Assembly: GCF_001194135.2 (NCBI RefSeq)
Contig: NC_068987.1
Coordinates: 65,033,255 to 65,097,254, forward strand
Length of the DNA stretch: 64,000 bases
From: Octopus bimaculoides
Taxonomy: Eukaryota
Direction: 5' to 3'
Under the pieces are notes generated by a model. That model saw only the letters and a list, made by a program, of their open reading frames with translations, was not told the DNA's origin and made no database searches. The translations under genes were made by a program, and so were the position numbers. Positions within the stretch are counted from its first letter, which is position 1. Every line of letters begins with the position of its first letter. Shown here piece after piece: positions 28,341 to 42,079 of the stretch.

Positions 28341-31300
28341 CCTCCCTCCCTCTGCTGAAATCAGGGAATTATGAAGTGAACTCCTTAATCACACAGTTAT
28401 GCCTGCGTCTCTAATGGAATGGCTGTATAATGTATTTAGAAATAGTACAGTTTTTGAGAACTCTTGGTGTTTTATCTATTTGGCTAACATGCTTCTCAAA
28501 GTATGTAATTATGTGACTAAATGCATAATTAAAACTGTGTACTGTCAAATCTGTGACTTTGTGACATCAGCCCAAATAAGTGGAAACACTCCCAAAACAA
28601 TCAAGGTTATATCATAAAGGTAGGTGAGAATAGCTTGTCTAGTAAAGTAAATATTTTAAATATTTTCATTTATAATTATGAACATGAATAAGGTATTGAA
28701 GAAAGGACGATAGGCAGTTTGTTATTGTTGTTGCTTATGATCAAAGACACTCTGACCATGAAAATAGCAGTGTTATTTTAGACTACATTATCCATTTAAC
28801 TTCAAAGCTGTCATTAAGAATCTTGTGGAGAAACATGGTATTTATTTAGAAGATAGCTAGAGTTTATTTATCAAATCCTCCTCCTCCTTATCATCATCAT
28901 CATCATCAACAATTAACATCCATTTTTCCATGCTTGCATGGGTCAGATCGAATTTGTTGAGACAGTTTTTCTGTGGCTGGATGCCTTTCCTGTCACCAAC
29001 CGTTATCTTTTTTGAAGCAAGGTAATATTTCCCCATGACCAGACATGTTTTCCTCCAAATTATTGGGAATGAGTAACATAACTTTAATAGATTTTTGACT
29101 TGTGTTGTCCTATATCACTGAGCCACAAAACTGACAATTTCAGTTATAATAACAGTTTTAGTTACATAGCAAACAAATTGAGAGATATGTGGATTTCAGT
29201 TAAAGTATAAAATGTTCTTCTAGTTGAAAGCCTGCCTTGCACATTGAACTCGAGCAATGTGAAATAATAGTAACTTAATCTAAAGAATATTATTTTGTTG
29301 GAATGTTTTAACCCTGTCCACATTTCTGTTAGATGTCTATCATTAAAATAAAAACTTTTTCTAATGATATAAGACACTATTGAAATTTGCATAGCCATCT
29401 AACATATGCTAGCATAAATATCAATTTATGTTATGTTTAATCTACCACTTCTTACTAGATGATTTTACAGTGTGTTATATTATTATATATTATTAGTAGT
29501 GTTGCATTACCAAAAACTAAGTCTTTAGATTTGCTTTTATTACATTCCTATAATAACAGTTATTAATTTTTAGATTTTCCTTTGACAGAGAGATTGACTA
29601 TAAACATTATATGCTTGTAGCCAGTATGTGTAGTATTTTTTGCTGACTGAGTATAAAAAAATTGGTGAAGTGTTAGCTATCTCAACCAAACAAGATTTTG
29701 GGTTCTGAAGAAGCTTAGAGCTTATCCCAGTTTTTATAGCATCAAATAGTTGAGAAACATTGCCTTACTAGATAAGAAGAAAATGATTTACAGGCTTTAC
29801 TTATAGGAAGTAATGAGCTTGGATTGTAAAATTTACAGAACACTTATTAATTACACAGTGTACCATTCTCGACAGTAGTGAGTCTCACTTTCCTGTTAAG
29901 TGGATTAGGCCATAGTGCGTTGATTTTTTTTCTTTGGGATTCAACACAATATTGGTGATAAGGACTGGTCTATCAACTTTCAGTTGGTTACTCAGTACTG
30001 CAATGACTCAGCTAATTGTAGCCCCCGATGACAAAATCTGTTAGAATATAAGTAGGTGGTTATTCTGGTTATTTTTTTAACATGTTATAAAAGAGAAAAA
30101 AAGAAAATCTTTAAAATGGTGCATTGAATGGTGTCAAAAGGCCTTACATAATTCTGCAAATATAGAAATTTATGTAATGGTTGCAACTGCAAGTAATATA
30201 GTTCAGAAGTGTAGTAGCATAACCAAATAACAAGTAGGTTATTTAATTTGGTTTTAATAATATTTCGTTTTGGTTATATTTTATTGACGGTTGAGCCTAA
30301 CCTTGAATAATATTAAGATACTCTTTTGGATGACAATCTTACATCAAAAGTATTATATTAACTCAGCTGATGAAGTCAGTAAAGCAGTCAGCTTATTGGT
30401 TGTAGGTCTGATGGTTTGTATACTGTCACCAGTGTTAGAACTGTGTCTCTGGTGGCAAAATTTTCATATTTATTAATGCTCCAGTCTTCCTAGTTTTATG
30501 TAAGTATTACAAGTAAAATTCAGCAGTATGGTTTTGGAAGCATCGTATAATTGCCCAGTGTTTTGTTTGCATACTGTGTCAAAGCCAGTCACTCTCAGGC
30601 TTGATGAAGGGTATGTGAAATCACACTTTTGAATTATTACATTTTAACATTATGAGTAAAGGAATACTAGAACTGGAAGTGAGAACTATTTATATGTTTT
30701 CCAACTAGAAAATACTTGGTCCCATAGAATATTTGGGCCTTCATTGGATGGGGAATAATGATGAATTGTTATAGTTTGTGCTATTGGTATTCAGTTTGTA
30801 GTTGAAGAAATGTGATTGGAATGGAAATTTTTGAGGACTGGACACAAGATCTGAGAAATATTGGAAGCCAAAGTATGGAGTGAATTAAATCAGTTTAAAT
30901 GTGGGTAGGAAATATAACTTCAGAACCTTTTATAATGGCATTAAAAGTCACTAGGAGATACACCTCAATGTAGGGGAAAATGTTTAAAATGAAAGTACAT
31001 CATTGGAGAGGGAATGAAATCTTACTGGTTAGAAAATAATTGATAATGAAACAGTAACTATAATTTCCCATATTTCGTATTTGACTTTGATTTCAGTTCT
31101 AGTGGGAGGCTACAAAAATCTATTGAAACCTTTTGAGAAATACAAATTTTTAGTGTTTATCACAACTTCCCAGTCTGTATGATCCTGCAGTATGATTGTA
31201 TGTGATATTATTTTGTCCTTGTCAGTTGAATGTGAAAGAGGGAGAATGACCTCTTTGTGCTTCTACTGACTTTAAAAAAAAAACTCTTGAGTACAATAAA

Positions 31301-33049
31301 ATGCAGTGATGTCTACCCTTGGCCCATAAGAAAATTTGTGCTCTGTCCTCAAGCTAATTGATCACTCATTAGTTATGCATTGCTTTCACTAACTGTGGCA
31401 TTAAGCTGTTCCTGTTTATAGCAAGCAGACTGATCCAGAAAGTGAGACCTATATGGATTGGATATGAATTGTTGACTCTTTACTGCTGTCACTCTTAAGA
31501 GAATTAAAATGTCCTGCTACTGTTATGTGTAAAATCATGCAAAGTCATCTTGTTAGGGACCAGATATCTCTAGCTTTAAAAACTTTTACTACTATTATTA
31601 TTAAAGAACTGTGTGAGTGAAAAATAAATGACTGTGTGCTAGGAATATTGGGAGGCTAATACTGTTGTGTGATGCTTACAATTCACTCTGTCCTGTGAGT
31701 GAATTGTAAATTTTGAAAGAATAGAAGATGATTTCAAATTGTTTTTTTTTTAATTATTCTTTTAAATTTTCATAAATGCTTTCATTGGAGAGTTTAATGT
31801 TAGAGAACCTGTTTTTATTTCAGTTTAAAATGTGTTTCTAGATTCTTTGTTATGTTTTCATAAGTAATTATAATAATACTGCCTCTCCTAATAGGCAACC
31901 AAATGTAATTGATTATTTTTTGTTAACTTGATGTCGAAGAATAATTTAATTAGTTACTAGGAAAATCAGCTTTGTTAGCTGTAAATAATAGGAATAGAAA
32001 TTTTCATAAGTATCCAAAACATTTTATTCCAATTTTAAAAATTTTATTGCATTTTTACTTTTTTTATGAAAGCTTTTGTAGAGTATTGTTAAAAAGATCA
32101 TGTGCAGTATTTTTTTTCTTGTTTGTTTAAATTTGTTCCTATATCAAATATATATTTTATATTATAATATCTGCTACATTAATTAACAATTAATTATATG
32201 ATATACAGTCATTATAGTAAGTCATTTACTTTAATAATATTATGGACTGAACTTTACTGATTCAATATGGTTGATATATCTGTGACTTCTAAAGTCAGAC
32301 CAGCTATACATACAAGCAGACTAAAATATGATCACTTGGGATGAAATATTAAATACACAGATAGAATTCTGGAATTTAGGCTTTGTATTCTTACTGTTCT
32401 AATATTTATTGTAGTAGATTCAAATTATAATGTTCTACTTTTTTTTTTTTTTTCACAATGCCACTTATATATAAGTGGATAAAATATAATTACATTTATG
32501 AATTTGTGTTGCAAGATTCCTGGTGTAATTCATTGTATTATTTTTTTTTATATCAACCAGTTGAGACCACCCCTGGTTCTATGATACAAACTTCCTGTTT
32601 TAAAGTGGTTTAAATTAAATCCGTTCATGAAAAGTTCATGTTAATTTACTTTCCGAGCACCAATTTAATAACAACAAAATTATTTAACTAAATAGTTTAT
32701 TATTTTCAAAATTAATTGAAAGAAAGAAAGAAATATGGTTAAGGAAATGGGTTAATACTGTTATTGTTTTTAACTTTGAATCATGATATCTACAACTGTG
32801 GAATTTAACTGAAGAACAGGAAAAAGCAGAATTAGATCCTTGTACCACTTTGAATATCAATTATAACAATGATGACAGTAGCAACAATGATGCACTACTG
32901 CCAGCCATTTCATTGTTTGATAAGAGTTTAAGAAAATTTATTTGTAGGTTATTATTAGTATTTAGCAAAAACTTAGTAAGATGAAAAATACAGTTGATCC
33001 AGATCGGTTTTGACTTGTGGAGCAGTAAGTCACCAAAATAGTTATTCTA

Positions 33050-33500
33050 ATCCTTATAAACCCATCTCCGTGAACACTCCTGTCCATGAAGAAGGCCATA
33101 TTCTTCAGCTTGAACACCTATAGGCCAACATTTGTGGGAAAAGTATGGACAGCAGTTGAATTCTAGAGGATTGCAGTTCTGGAGATGGAAGACTGGACAA
33201 AGTGTTCCTTGAGACACAGTAAGGATAATTGGAAGAGAAGACATGAATGACCTGGTAATAGGTGGTGTGTAACTCAGTAATTCAGAGAAGCAGAGGCTAA
33301 TATAGTATTATTAGAAGAATCGAAGTGAGGAAAGTATGACTTTTTGGGTTACAGGTTGTGGTATTGCTAAATATGGTCTAGGATATCTGTGTTTAGCAGT
33401 ATTGTCCCATACAAGGTGGTTGTACTTGAGTTGTACTGCTTTGTTGGGAACATGATCTGACAGTTTGGTGTTACTTCTGCAGTTGCTGATTTTTTTTTCT
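33050..33500 (-). mobile_element. Decayed CR1/L2-like RT remnant
   Basis: SSLPIILTVSQGTLCPVF resembles SSLPITSGVPQGSVLGPVLF. Confidence 0.3.
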
Positions 33501-34228
33501 TTCTGTGAACGACTTTACTAATTCATTACTAGATTGGAATAAGGTATAAACATCACAACCAGCCAAGGGTCCTCTTACAAGTCTTTATGTGTTTAAGAAA
33601 TTGTTTTGCTGATTGAGAAAATTAGGTCACAGTTACTTTCTCTTCAATAAATATTAGCCTCATGCCGTCATAAGGAATTTTACCATTATAATTTTGTTAT
33701 TAGGGTAGCTGAGTTGACTAAGATGGTACAAATTCAAAATAGATATTTTATGTTCTTTACCTTGGTGCTTCTTCCTAAATTCAAATCCTAAATAAATGTA
33801 TTGTGGTCATTTCAAGACTATACTTTCTCCCTAACCAACCATAAAAAAAAATGAGCTGGACTTGGACCTAAACTTTTTTTTTTTGCTTGGTGGGTCTGGA
33901 GGAAGGGGCAGTGCCCATAACCTATCAGGCTCTCCAACACCAGTGAGATTAATGTCATTCATGTTTCTCATGAACCTTGGTAAGTCAATACCAGAAACCA
34001 GAACTGTTTATGAATCACTGTAGAATTTATGAGAAAGCTAATATTGAGAAAAAAAAACAAACTGAAAATGGAAGCTAAAAGCAAAGTAACACAAGCAGAG
34101 AGCAGCTGATTGAGATAATATTTCATAATAATAATAGACAACAGCAATTGTTAACCTAAGATGATTCAAGTCATTATTAATGAAGCTCTATGTTGCCACA
34201 ATGCTCTAATTTCCATTTCATATTGCAG

Positions 34229-34305
34229 CTTGATGCTGACAATCAAAACAATAGCTATAACTTCCACAACTGTTTGTTCTCTTGTTCTCACTTCCATTTG
34301 GGCTG
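34229..34305 (+). other. Candidate upstream exon of the PP2C gene
   Basis: CTAAT branch-like motif, pyrimidine tract and CAG acceptor; CTG|GTAAGT donor. ATG at 34233 stays open and would join the 39365 exon in frame. Prediction only. Confidence 0.3.
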
Positions 34306-35169
34306 GTAAGTAGAGAACAACCATTTATATTTTCTCTGTTAACTTTGTGGTGAAATTAAATGGAAAGCAAATATCTGGATAAGTTGAGATAAGCTGTAGT
34401 AAATCTTAGTGTTCCACAATAGCTGTGAGGAGCATAAGCAGACCATGAGAGCCTTTTGTTCCTGTGTAATAAGGTCTGTTTAACTGAAATGATGTTGGGG
34501 TAGGGGACAGTGTTATTGTCATTCATGTTACTTAGAGATTGAAATATTTGTTCCAGTATGTTACTGGTGCTAATTATTATTTACCTTTGAGTGATGAAAA
34601 TCCTGCTTGAATTACCAATATTTGAACTCATGAATCTTCAATGCATTTGCCTACATTTTTATCACCATCATTATTATTATTATTCTATATTCTCCAGAGC
34701 TATCTATGTCACATCTCAGCTCCATTCTGCAGCTTAGAAATGCAAAACATTTTTCTCAATGCATGAGTTGTTCCAAGTATTGCTGCCAACTGAGTACTTC
34801 CCATGAAGTTTGGTATTTACAGCTTTTGATGCCAGAATATTGTTTTCTTTGAGATGGCCTGAAGTACACCAATCACAATAGGTACCACACTCACTTTTGA
34901 GGCTCTGAGGATGTGTTTCACTTCCAATGCAAGGTCTTCATACTTCCCAGCTTTATTGTTCACTGCCTTTGCAATATTCTGGTCTGCAGGTGTAGCTACA
35001 CTGATGAAGGTCCACCCTTTGGGCCCCTTCCATAGGAGAGTGATATCTGGTCAGTCATGTAGCAGCCTTTTATTTGTGTTGATTGGCACATATGTGATCA
35101 TTCTCTGTTACAAGCAAAAGTTAGTTCTCATACCACTTATTGGACCATTCTAACTCATACCTCCTGCTT

Positions 35170-35210
<41 letters not shown>

Positions 35211-35855
35211 ATGTTTGTTTTTCATGCAAAAATGGATCAGAGAGGTCATCATGGTTGGAATCGGCACATATTTGTGAGTATTTCTCGACTAGATGGGTCA
35301 AGGGATCTCATCTCATTCGCATTTCATTTTTGGTTTGGCATCTATTGCTGGATACCCTTCCTAAATATCAACCACTTCACATAGAGTGTACTGGATGCTT
35401 GTTTTCATGACACCCAGCATTAGGGAGGCGTTATGTCTTCAGCAAGATTCACACTTTATAACATGAACTAGATGCATTTTTTGTGATACTAGCACAAAAG
35501 GGAGAGCCATAGCTTTGATGTGATTAAAAGGATTCGCAGCGACATCACCTGCCAGTCTCTTTACAGAATGAGAAACATGAATGCTCAACGCATGAAAGAA
35601 TGAATAATAGTGGTTGAATTACCAATGCTGTGCTTTCTGTTAATAGGGGTGATACCTCATCACCTTGGAGCTACCTTTAATTCATTCTTTCACTTTTAAT
35701 TCTAATGTGATAACACTTAGTTCAAGATATATAAAAATGCACATTTATTATTCAATTACCAGTTAATAATTGTCCCAGCAGTTGCAAGGTTACAAGGTAT
35801 TTACAATTACATATTAACCCTTAAATTAACATTTAATACATGTACTTAATATATA

Positions 35856-36480
35856 TCTATCTATATATATAAAGATGAGAATGTGTGTCTGTGAGTCTGT
35901 CTGTGTGAATCCCTAAAACTTGAGAACTACACAACCAATTTCATTCAAATTTTACACATGCCTTACTTATGGTCCAGGTAATGTTTTAGGCCAAAAAATT
36001 TTTTAACTTCTTGTCTAGTGCAAACCCAGTGCAATATCACATCTCCTCCACTATTGCAGTATTACGTGTCAAAAGTGAAACAATAACATCTCTCTATTCT
36101 AATGTCAGACAGTTTCACTTTAATAGTTTCACTTTAATAGTTTCACTTTAATAGTTTCACTTTAATAGTTTCACTTTAATAGTTTCACTTTAATACTGAA
36201 ACTATTATCTCACATATATACATTAACTATAAAAACATTGTCTGGTAACATAAAATATAAACTGAAGCTAAAATTTATTAAAATATTCTTATTGTTTCTT
36301 CAACTTACTGAAGAAGGGCTCCTGGCTCCTTTTACTGCAGGCAAAGGAGTCAAAAACGAAGATATTTTGACTTGTCCGGGCATTGCTATTACAGACAAAT
36401 TAACAATTCGACTCGAGAGATAAACCCAAACCACCTCGTGCTGACTGCAAAACTCCTGCCAAATTAGCCAGAAACACACA
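35856..36480 (+). mobile_element. Non-autonomous Helitron-like element (3' end uncertain)
   Basis: 5' A|TCTATCTATATATATAAAG, motif aactacacaaccaatttcattcaaattt, internal minisatellite and retained CpGs. No clear hairpin-CTRR terminus found. Confidence 0.45.
36111..36194. repeat. Six perfect copies of the 14-mer AGTTTCACTTTAAT
   Basis: Units start at 36111, 36125, 36139, 36153, 36167 and 36181. Confidence 0.97.
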
Positions 36481-36751
36481 CACATGTCCATTTCATATAT
36501 CTTCTTTCAATTTTTGCTCTCTGCAAATAAAATTTTTACAGATACAACTGCTTACAAAAATGGGGATTAATGTATAATTTCTTTCTATATTCATAATTAA
36601 ATCAATGTTTTCATGATTAGTCAGAGGTCCAATAGAATAGCTCTCACAAACAGACTACGTACAAATTCATTCTTCAGGAGTTTTCAAACTACATAATAGG
36701 CAGAATCGTTGGATTAAGACAGTAGGGTGTTTTGAGGGAGATTTGGTTGCT

Positions 36752-36983
36752 ATTTCTTTATTGCCCACAAGGGGCTAAACATAGAGGGGACAAACAAGGA
36801 CAGACAAAGGGATTAAGTCAATTACATGGACCCCAGTGCGTAACTGGTACTTAATTCATCGACCCTGAAAGGATGAAAGGCAAAGTCGACCTTGGCGGAC
36901 TTTGAACTCAGAACGTAACGGCAGATGAAATACCGCTAAGCATTTCGCCTGGCATGCTAACGTTTCTGCCAGCTCACCGCCTT
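36752..36983 (-). mobile_element. tRNA-derived SINE family B, young copy with TSD
   Basis: Head aaggcggtgagctggcagaa...gttctgagttcaaag, core gtcgactttgcctttcatcctttcagggtcgatgaattaagtaccag; CpGs retained; 16-bp TSD. Other copies near 430, 655, 7640, 22100, 22310, 37845, 38756, 38985, 42195, 49283, 51848, 52113, 53310. Confidence 0.88.
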
Positions 36984-39366
36984 AGCCAGCTCACTGCCTT
37001 TGGCTGCTATTTCTACCAGGTCTAGCTACCATGTAGAGGTCTGATCTTAATTTTCATTCATATATTTGCATTTCAAAAATTAAGCATAATCTTTACCATA
37101 AATCAACTATCGTAAAACTATCTATGATAATTATTGTGGGATTTACCATTAAATTAGCAGTTCTATTTGGTTAATCTATATATATATCAAATGGTTCCAT
37201 CAAATGAAATCATACCCCACCAGTGTCAACATGTAATTTTTTTTCCATTTCAATTAAAACAATATAAAATCTTATAAGAGATAATTTTTCTATAGTCAAA
37301 TATAGTACAGGACATTTTATACCATGATGATGACGACAACATCACATTTTGTATATGAGTATGTATGTGTCTGTCAGTATGTGTGTGTGTGTATGAATCT
37401 GTATGTGTCTATCAGTGTGTGTGTGTTTCTGCATTTGATGACGTTACATTTTGTATATGAGTGTCTATGTGTCTGTGAGTGTATGAGTGTGTATGTCTCA
37501 GTGTGTGTGTGTGTTTCCATGTTAGGGATGTTATTCAACACACACACATCTACACATACATGTTGACATCTAACGTGTGAATAAATGTGGTGTGTCTCTG
37601 TCTTACTATATAGTATTACACCCCACACACGACTGTCAATATGTAATTTTTTTTCATTTCCATTAAAGCAATGTAACATTTCATAGGCATAATCTTTCTA
37701 TAGTCAGCTATAGTACAGGACATTTTATATGAGTGTGTCTGTGTGTTTGATACGTACGAGATAGTAAAGGACATTTTATACCATGATGATGATGTCACAT
37801 ATTGTATATCTGTGTGTTTATGTAAGAAATCATTTTTTGCAGATTGGCAGAATCATTAGAGCATTGGTCAAAATGCTTTGCAGTTTTTAGTTATGGCTCT
37901 TTATGTTCTAAGTTCAAATCCTGCTATGGTCAACTTTTCTTTTTATTCTTCCAGGGTTGGTGTAATAAAGTACTCAGCAAGTTCTGAGATCAATAAATTT
38001 GACTATTCATTTCCTCAAATTTATAGTTTTGCAAGAAATATTAATGCTAATTATTATAACAAGTATATTCTGAGTATTAAAACTGTTCTAAACGCCCTCA
38101 TTCAGTGTTTGAACATTGCTGAGTGGTAAAGTTATGTTGAGCAACTGTTGTCACGTGCAGGAGTGATCCACTTATTGACTGACCATCATGTAGTTTGTTC
38201 TGCTACCTTCCTTTGGCTGGGATGAGTAACCAGTTTTCCTCTGTTTGATTGTTATGATGAAAGAGGTTGTGTTATAGATAAGATTGAAAAGACTGAGGAC
38301 AGACAGATACTTTCTTCATTCGCCAAATTCTCACCAACTTGAAAAATTGATGAGAGTTTCATTCACTGAGGATGGTGCAGGTGGATAGGGAGGTGTTGCC
38401 CTCCAGTAAATTTACTGAAAGATGAGTGAGAGTGGTAAGCACAGCCTGATTGAAAGGGACTCATCTCAATATATATGTGTGTGCAGGAAAACACAGCTGG
38501 GAGAGAGCACTTGCCCTTGATTAGGGTAATATTGGATCTATAGATTTTCTTGATTGGTACCAGGTGATTGTCATTCTATCAGGATATCTCAGTTCATTCA
38601 TTTTGAGCACTGATATTTTTCATGCTTGTATTTTCATAATCAATTCTGTATAAATCTTCACTGATTTTTTTGTTAATTTGTTTTAGTAGTGTCCACTCAT
38701 CTATTACTTTGTGTCAAATAAAGATATTGCTATAACTTATCTTCTCCGTTTGTAAGATGGCAGGTTGGCAGAATTGTTAGCATGTCAGACAAGATTCTTA
38801 GGAGCGTTTCTTTTGACTCTTTTACATTCTGTGTTCAAATTCTGCAGAGGTCTACCTTGCTTTTTATCCTTTTGGGGGTTGATAAAATAAGTACCAGTTG
38901 AACTCAGGATCAATGTATTTGATTTATTCGTCCTGTAAAGTTGTTGTCCTTGTGCCAAAATTTAAAACAAATCTAGCTGTAAGTTCATTTATCAACCCTG
39001 AAAGGATGAAAGGCAAAGGTGACTTTGGAATTTGGATTCAGAACATAAAGCTAGAAGATATGCTGCTATGAATTTTGTCAGACTCGCAAATAATTCTTCC
39101 AGCTCACCATCATTATTTCCTCCACTTAGAGATTTATCATTATATGGAAGATGAAGATAGTGTTGAGAACTTCTTACCTGTAAAAGAAAAAAAAAAAAAA
39201 ACAACCTTCGACATTCCTGCTATTGAGAACATGAGTTTCATCTTCCTGAATATCCAACAAAATAATAATGATAAAAAAATTATATCCTAAAATCATTTCA
39301 AATTTCTGTATTGCCTTCTTATGTTTGTGTTATATAATTTAATATAACTTTTTTTTTCTTGCAGAC

Positions 39367-39469
39367 ATGGGTCACACATTATCAGAACCTGTGACTTCGA
39401 AGACTACGTCTAGTTGTGAAAACCATTATGTAAAAGTGGGTTCATCTTGCATGCAAGGATGGCGAATCA
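39367..39469 (+). CDS. ppm-2: PP2C/PPM phosphatase (ppm-2/T23F11.1, Ptc2/3-like), first coding exon
   Basis: Encodes MGHTLSEPVTSKTTSSCENHYVKVGSSCMQGWRI+A, matching the recalled family N-terminus MGQTLSEPV...VGSSCMQGWR. Preceded by acceptor tttttttcttgcag (exon starts 39365) and followed by GTATCCTTTTT. MGxxxS fits an N-myristoylation consensus. The symbol is the closest recalled homologue, not a verified orthologue. Confidence 0.93.
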
Positions 39470-40105
39470 GTATCCTTTTTGAACATTTTGATTTTATTTT
39501 TTCATTCATCACCACAAATGAAGTTGCTAAGATATACACATTTACCAGTGCATATATAGTCATTTATACTTTCATCTTCAATAGCATACATAGATATATA
39601 CCTTCACACACACATATGCACTATTATAATGAAAGCTACAAAAAAACCCAAAAAAACATGAAATACAGCTACCCACTCTTTCCTGGGCATCCTATTAGTT
39701 TATTTTGCATTTTTTAATGATAGAATTCATGCCTATCAATGGTTATAGATGTGCAAATTCCAATGCATCAGGCAACACTGATTCAGATGTTGGCAGGCAG
39801 AAATATTATCCCAAGAAAGATTCTTTATAATAATATCTTTACTGCCTTAACTAATCAAATACTATATATTGCTTGTTGAAAATCACCCACCCACACACAT
39901 GCACACCCCATCATCATCATCATACATCCGTTTTCCATGCTGGCATGGTATGGCTGGATGCCCTTTCTAATGCCAACCACTCCACAAAGTGTACAAGGTG
40001 CCTTTTACATGTTGCTGGCAGGGGTGTTTTCTCGAGCACAGCAAATCACCAAAGGTCTCAATCACTTGTAATCTCTCTCTCTCTCTCTCTCCCTCTCTCC
40101 CCCCC

Positions 40106-40155
<50 letters not shown>

Positions 40156-40786
40156 ATGGTGAGAGAGATTTGAGTAAATAGGAGAAATAGGGAAAAAGTA
40201 GGACTAACTACATATGTATATAAATTGGCTGTAAAGTTACACAAGTGAAACTCTTGGCAACTGAGTCACTTATGTAACTTTTGGAGGAAGTAAGTAAATC
40301 GTGATAGACCATTATTGAAAGCTAAACTTAGTCAATCCCATCTTCCACTCTTATGTTGGTGACAGCCCTGTGGTTTCACCACAGGGTCTACTTTTGCAAC
40401 AAGGCTAAATATATGTTTGGTAAACATATGGTGCTAAATCTACTTACAAATTTAATCTCTCACACACTGCATTGATGCCCTCATACATACATACATGCAT
40501 GCATGCATACATACATGTGTGTGTATACACCAATACATTCCATATCAGAAATGCTGTTTTTATGCCATTCTACTTTTCTTGTGGTAATTGCTGCAGTTTT
40601 GTTATTGCTTATTTTTTTCTTTTGCTTTTTATTTATTTATTTTTTGATAAAAAATTGGTTTCCTTTCAGGAATTTTTTCTGTTTCTGTTATTTTTTTATT
40701 TCAAATTCTACAGATTTTTAAAAAATTATTCTTGTTTATAAAATTTTCACCTTTTCTACTTTTATTTCTTTTCATGAATTTTATTT

Positions 40787-40824
<38 letters not shown>

Positions 40825-41253
40825 TATTATTATAATTTTGTTTTTTCTCTGTCTGTTCTTTGTCATTTATTTATTCGTGCTTGGAGGAAATGTATGATTT
40901 GATTGTGGCAGGGTCTGTGACTGGATCAATACATTCCTTCAGTTGCATTTCCTCTATCCTTCAGCATCTTCAGTTACATCGCACCAACCAACTATTCCAT
41001 CATTGATGTGTTATTGAGATAGATTGTATTGAGATAGATTCTAGCTAGATTCCTAATGATAACTAGCTACTCCTCTGCCCTCCCGTATATAACTTTTATT
41101 CGTCTGTGACCTACTTGAGGAGGGGTGGAGGTGGTGGAATACAATCCTTTCTCTTTCCTCCTACCTGTTCACCCATCTCCCTTCCACCTCACTCTTTTCC
41201 CTGAATTTTATCAATATATCTTCACTCTAATTCTAACAGCTATTGAAGTAATC

Positions 41254-41290
<37 letters not shown>

Positions 41291-41410
41291 TTGAGAGAGA
41301 GAGAGAGACAACCCCCCCCACACACACACACATAGGTGACCATGTAATTATACACATATTCACACATATGCATACTTTTATATGCATATATATTTTTGTT
41401 TGTGTGTATA

Positions 41411-41503
<93 letters not shown>

Positions 41504-41683
41504 GTGTAAACATTCTCAGGTACACCTACTGATACATATATTTTTAAACACCTTCATGTATAGTGATGTTCATCTAATAAATGATAAGTTAAGATATGCA
41601 ACAGCAATAACAACATTCAATTATGCATAGACTGATTTCATATGTTATTTAATACTTCTGTTACTGTTTTTCTGATATAACAT

Positions 41684-42079
41684 AAAGCATAGCTGTGTGG
41701 TTAAGAAGCTTGCTTCCAAACCATGTGGTCTTACATTCAGTCCCACTGTGTGGCATCTTGGGCAAGTGCCTTCTGCTATAGCTTCAGGCTGACCAAAGCT
41801 CTGTTGGTGCATTTAGTAGACTGAATTGAAAGAATCCTGTTATGTGTGTGTGTGTGTGTGTGTGTGTGAGCAAGTGTGTTTGTCCCTCATCACACCAACC
41901 AGTGTTGGTTTGCTTAAGTTTCGGTAACTTAGCAGTTTGGTGAAAAGCGATGGATAGAATAAGAAACAGGCTTTAAAAAGAAAATCAGTTCTGGGGTTGA
42001 TATGTTTCACTCAACCTTTAGAAACAATGCCCCAATATGTCTGCAGTCCAATGACCAAAACAAGTAAAAGAGAAAAGAT
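41684..42079 (+). mobile_element. SINE family A copy inside the U12 intron
   Basis: Head, body, (TG)n and 3' module ending acaagtaaaagagaaaagata. Confidence 0.8.

Noticed and set aside
36111-36194. Regular repeats as a CRISPR-like array
   Set aside because: Head-to-tail minisatellite without spacers in a eukaryotic context.
39367-39717. 116-aa ORF as a complete single-exon gene
   Set aside because: PP2C similarity stops at the GTATCCTT donor; the remainder is intron read-through.
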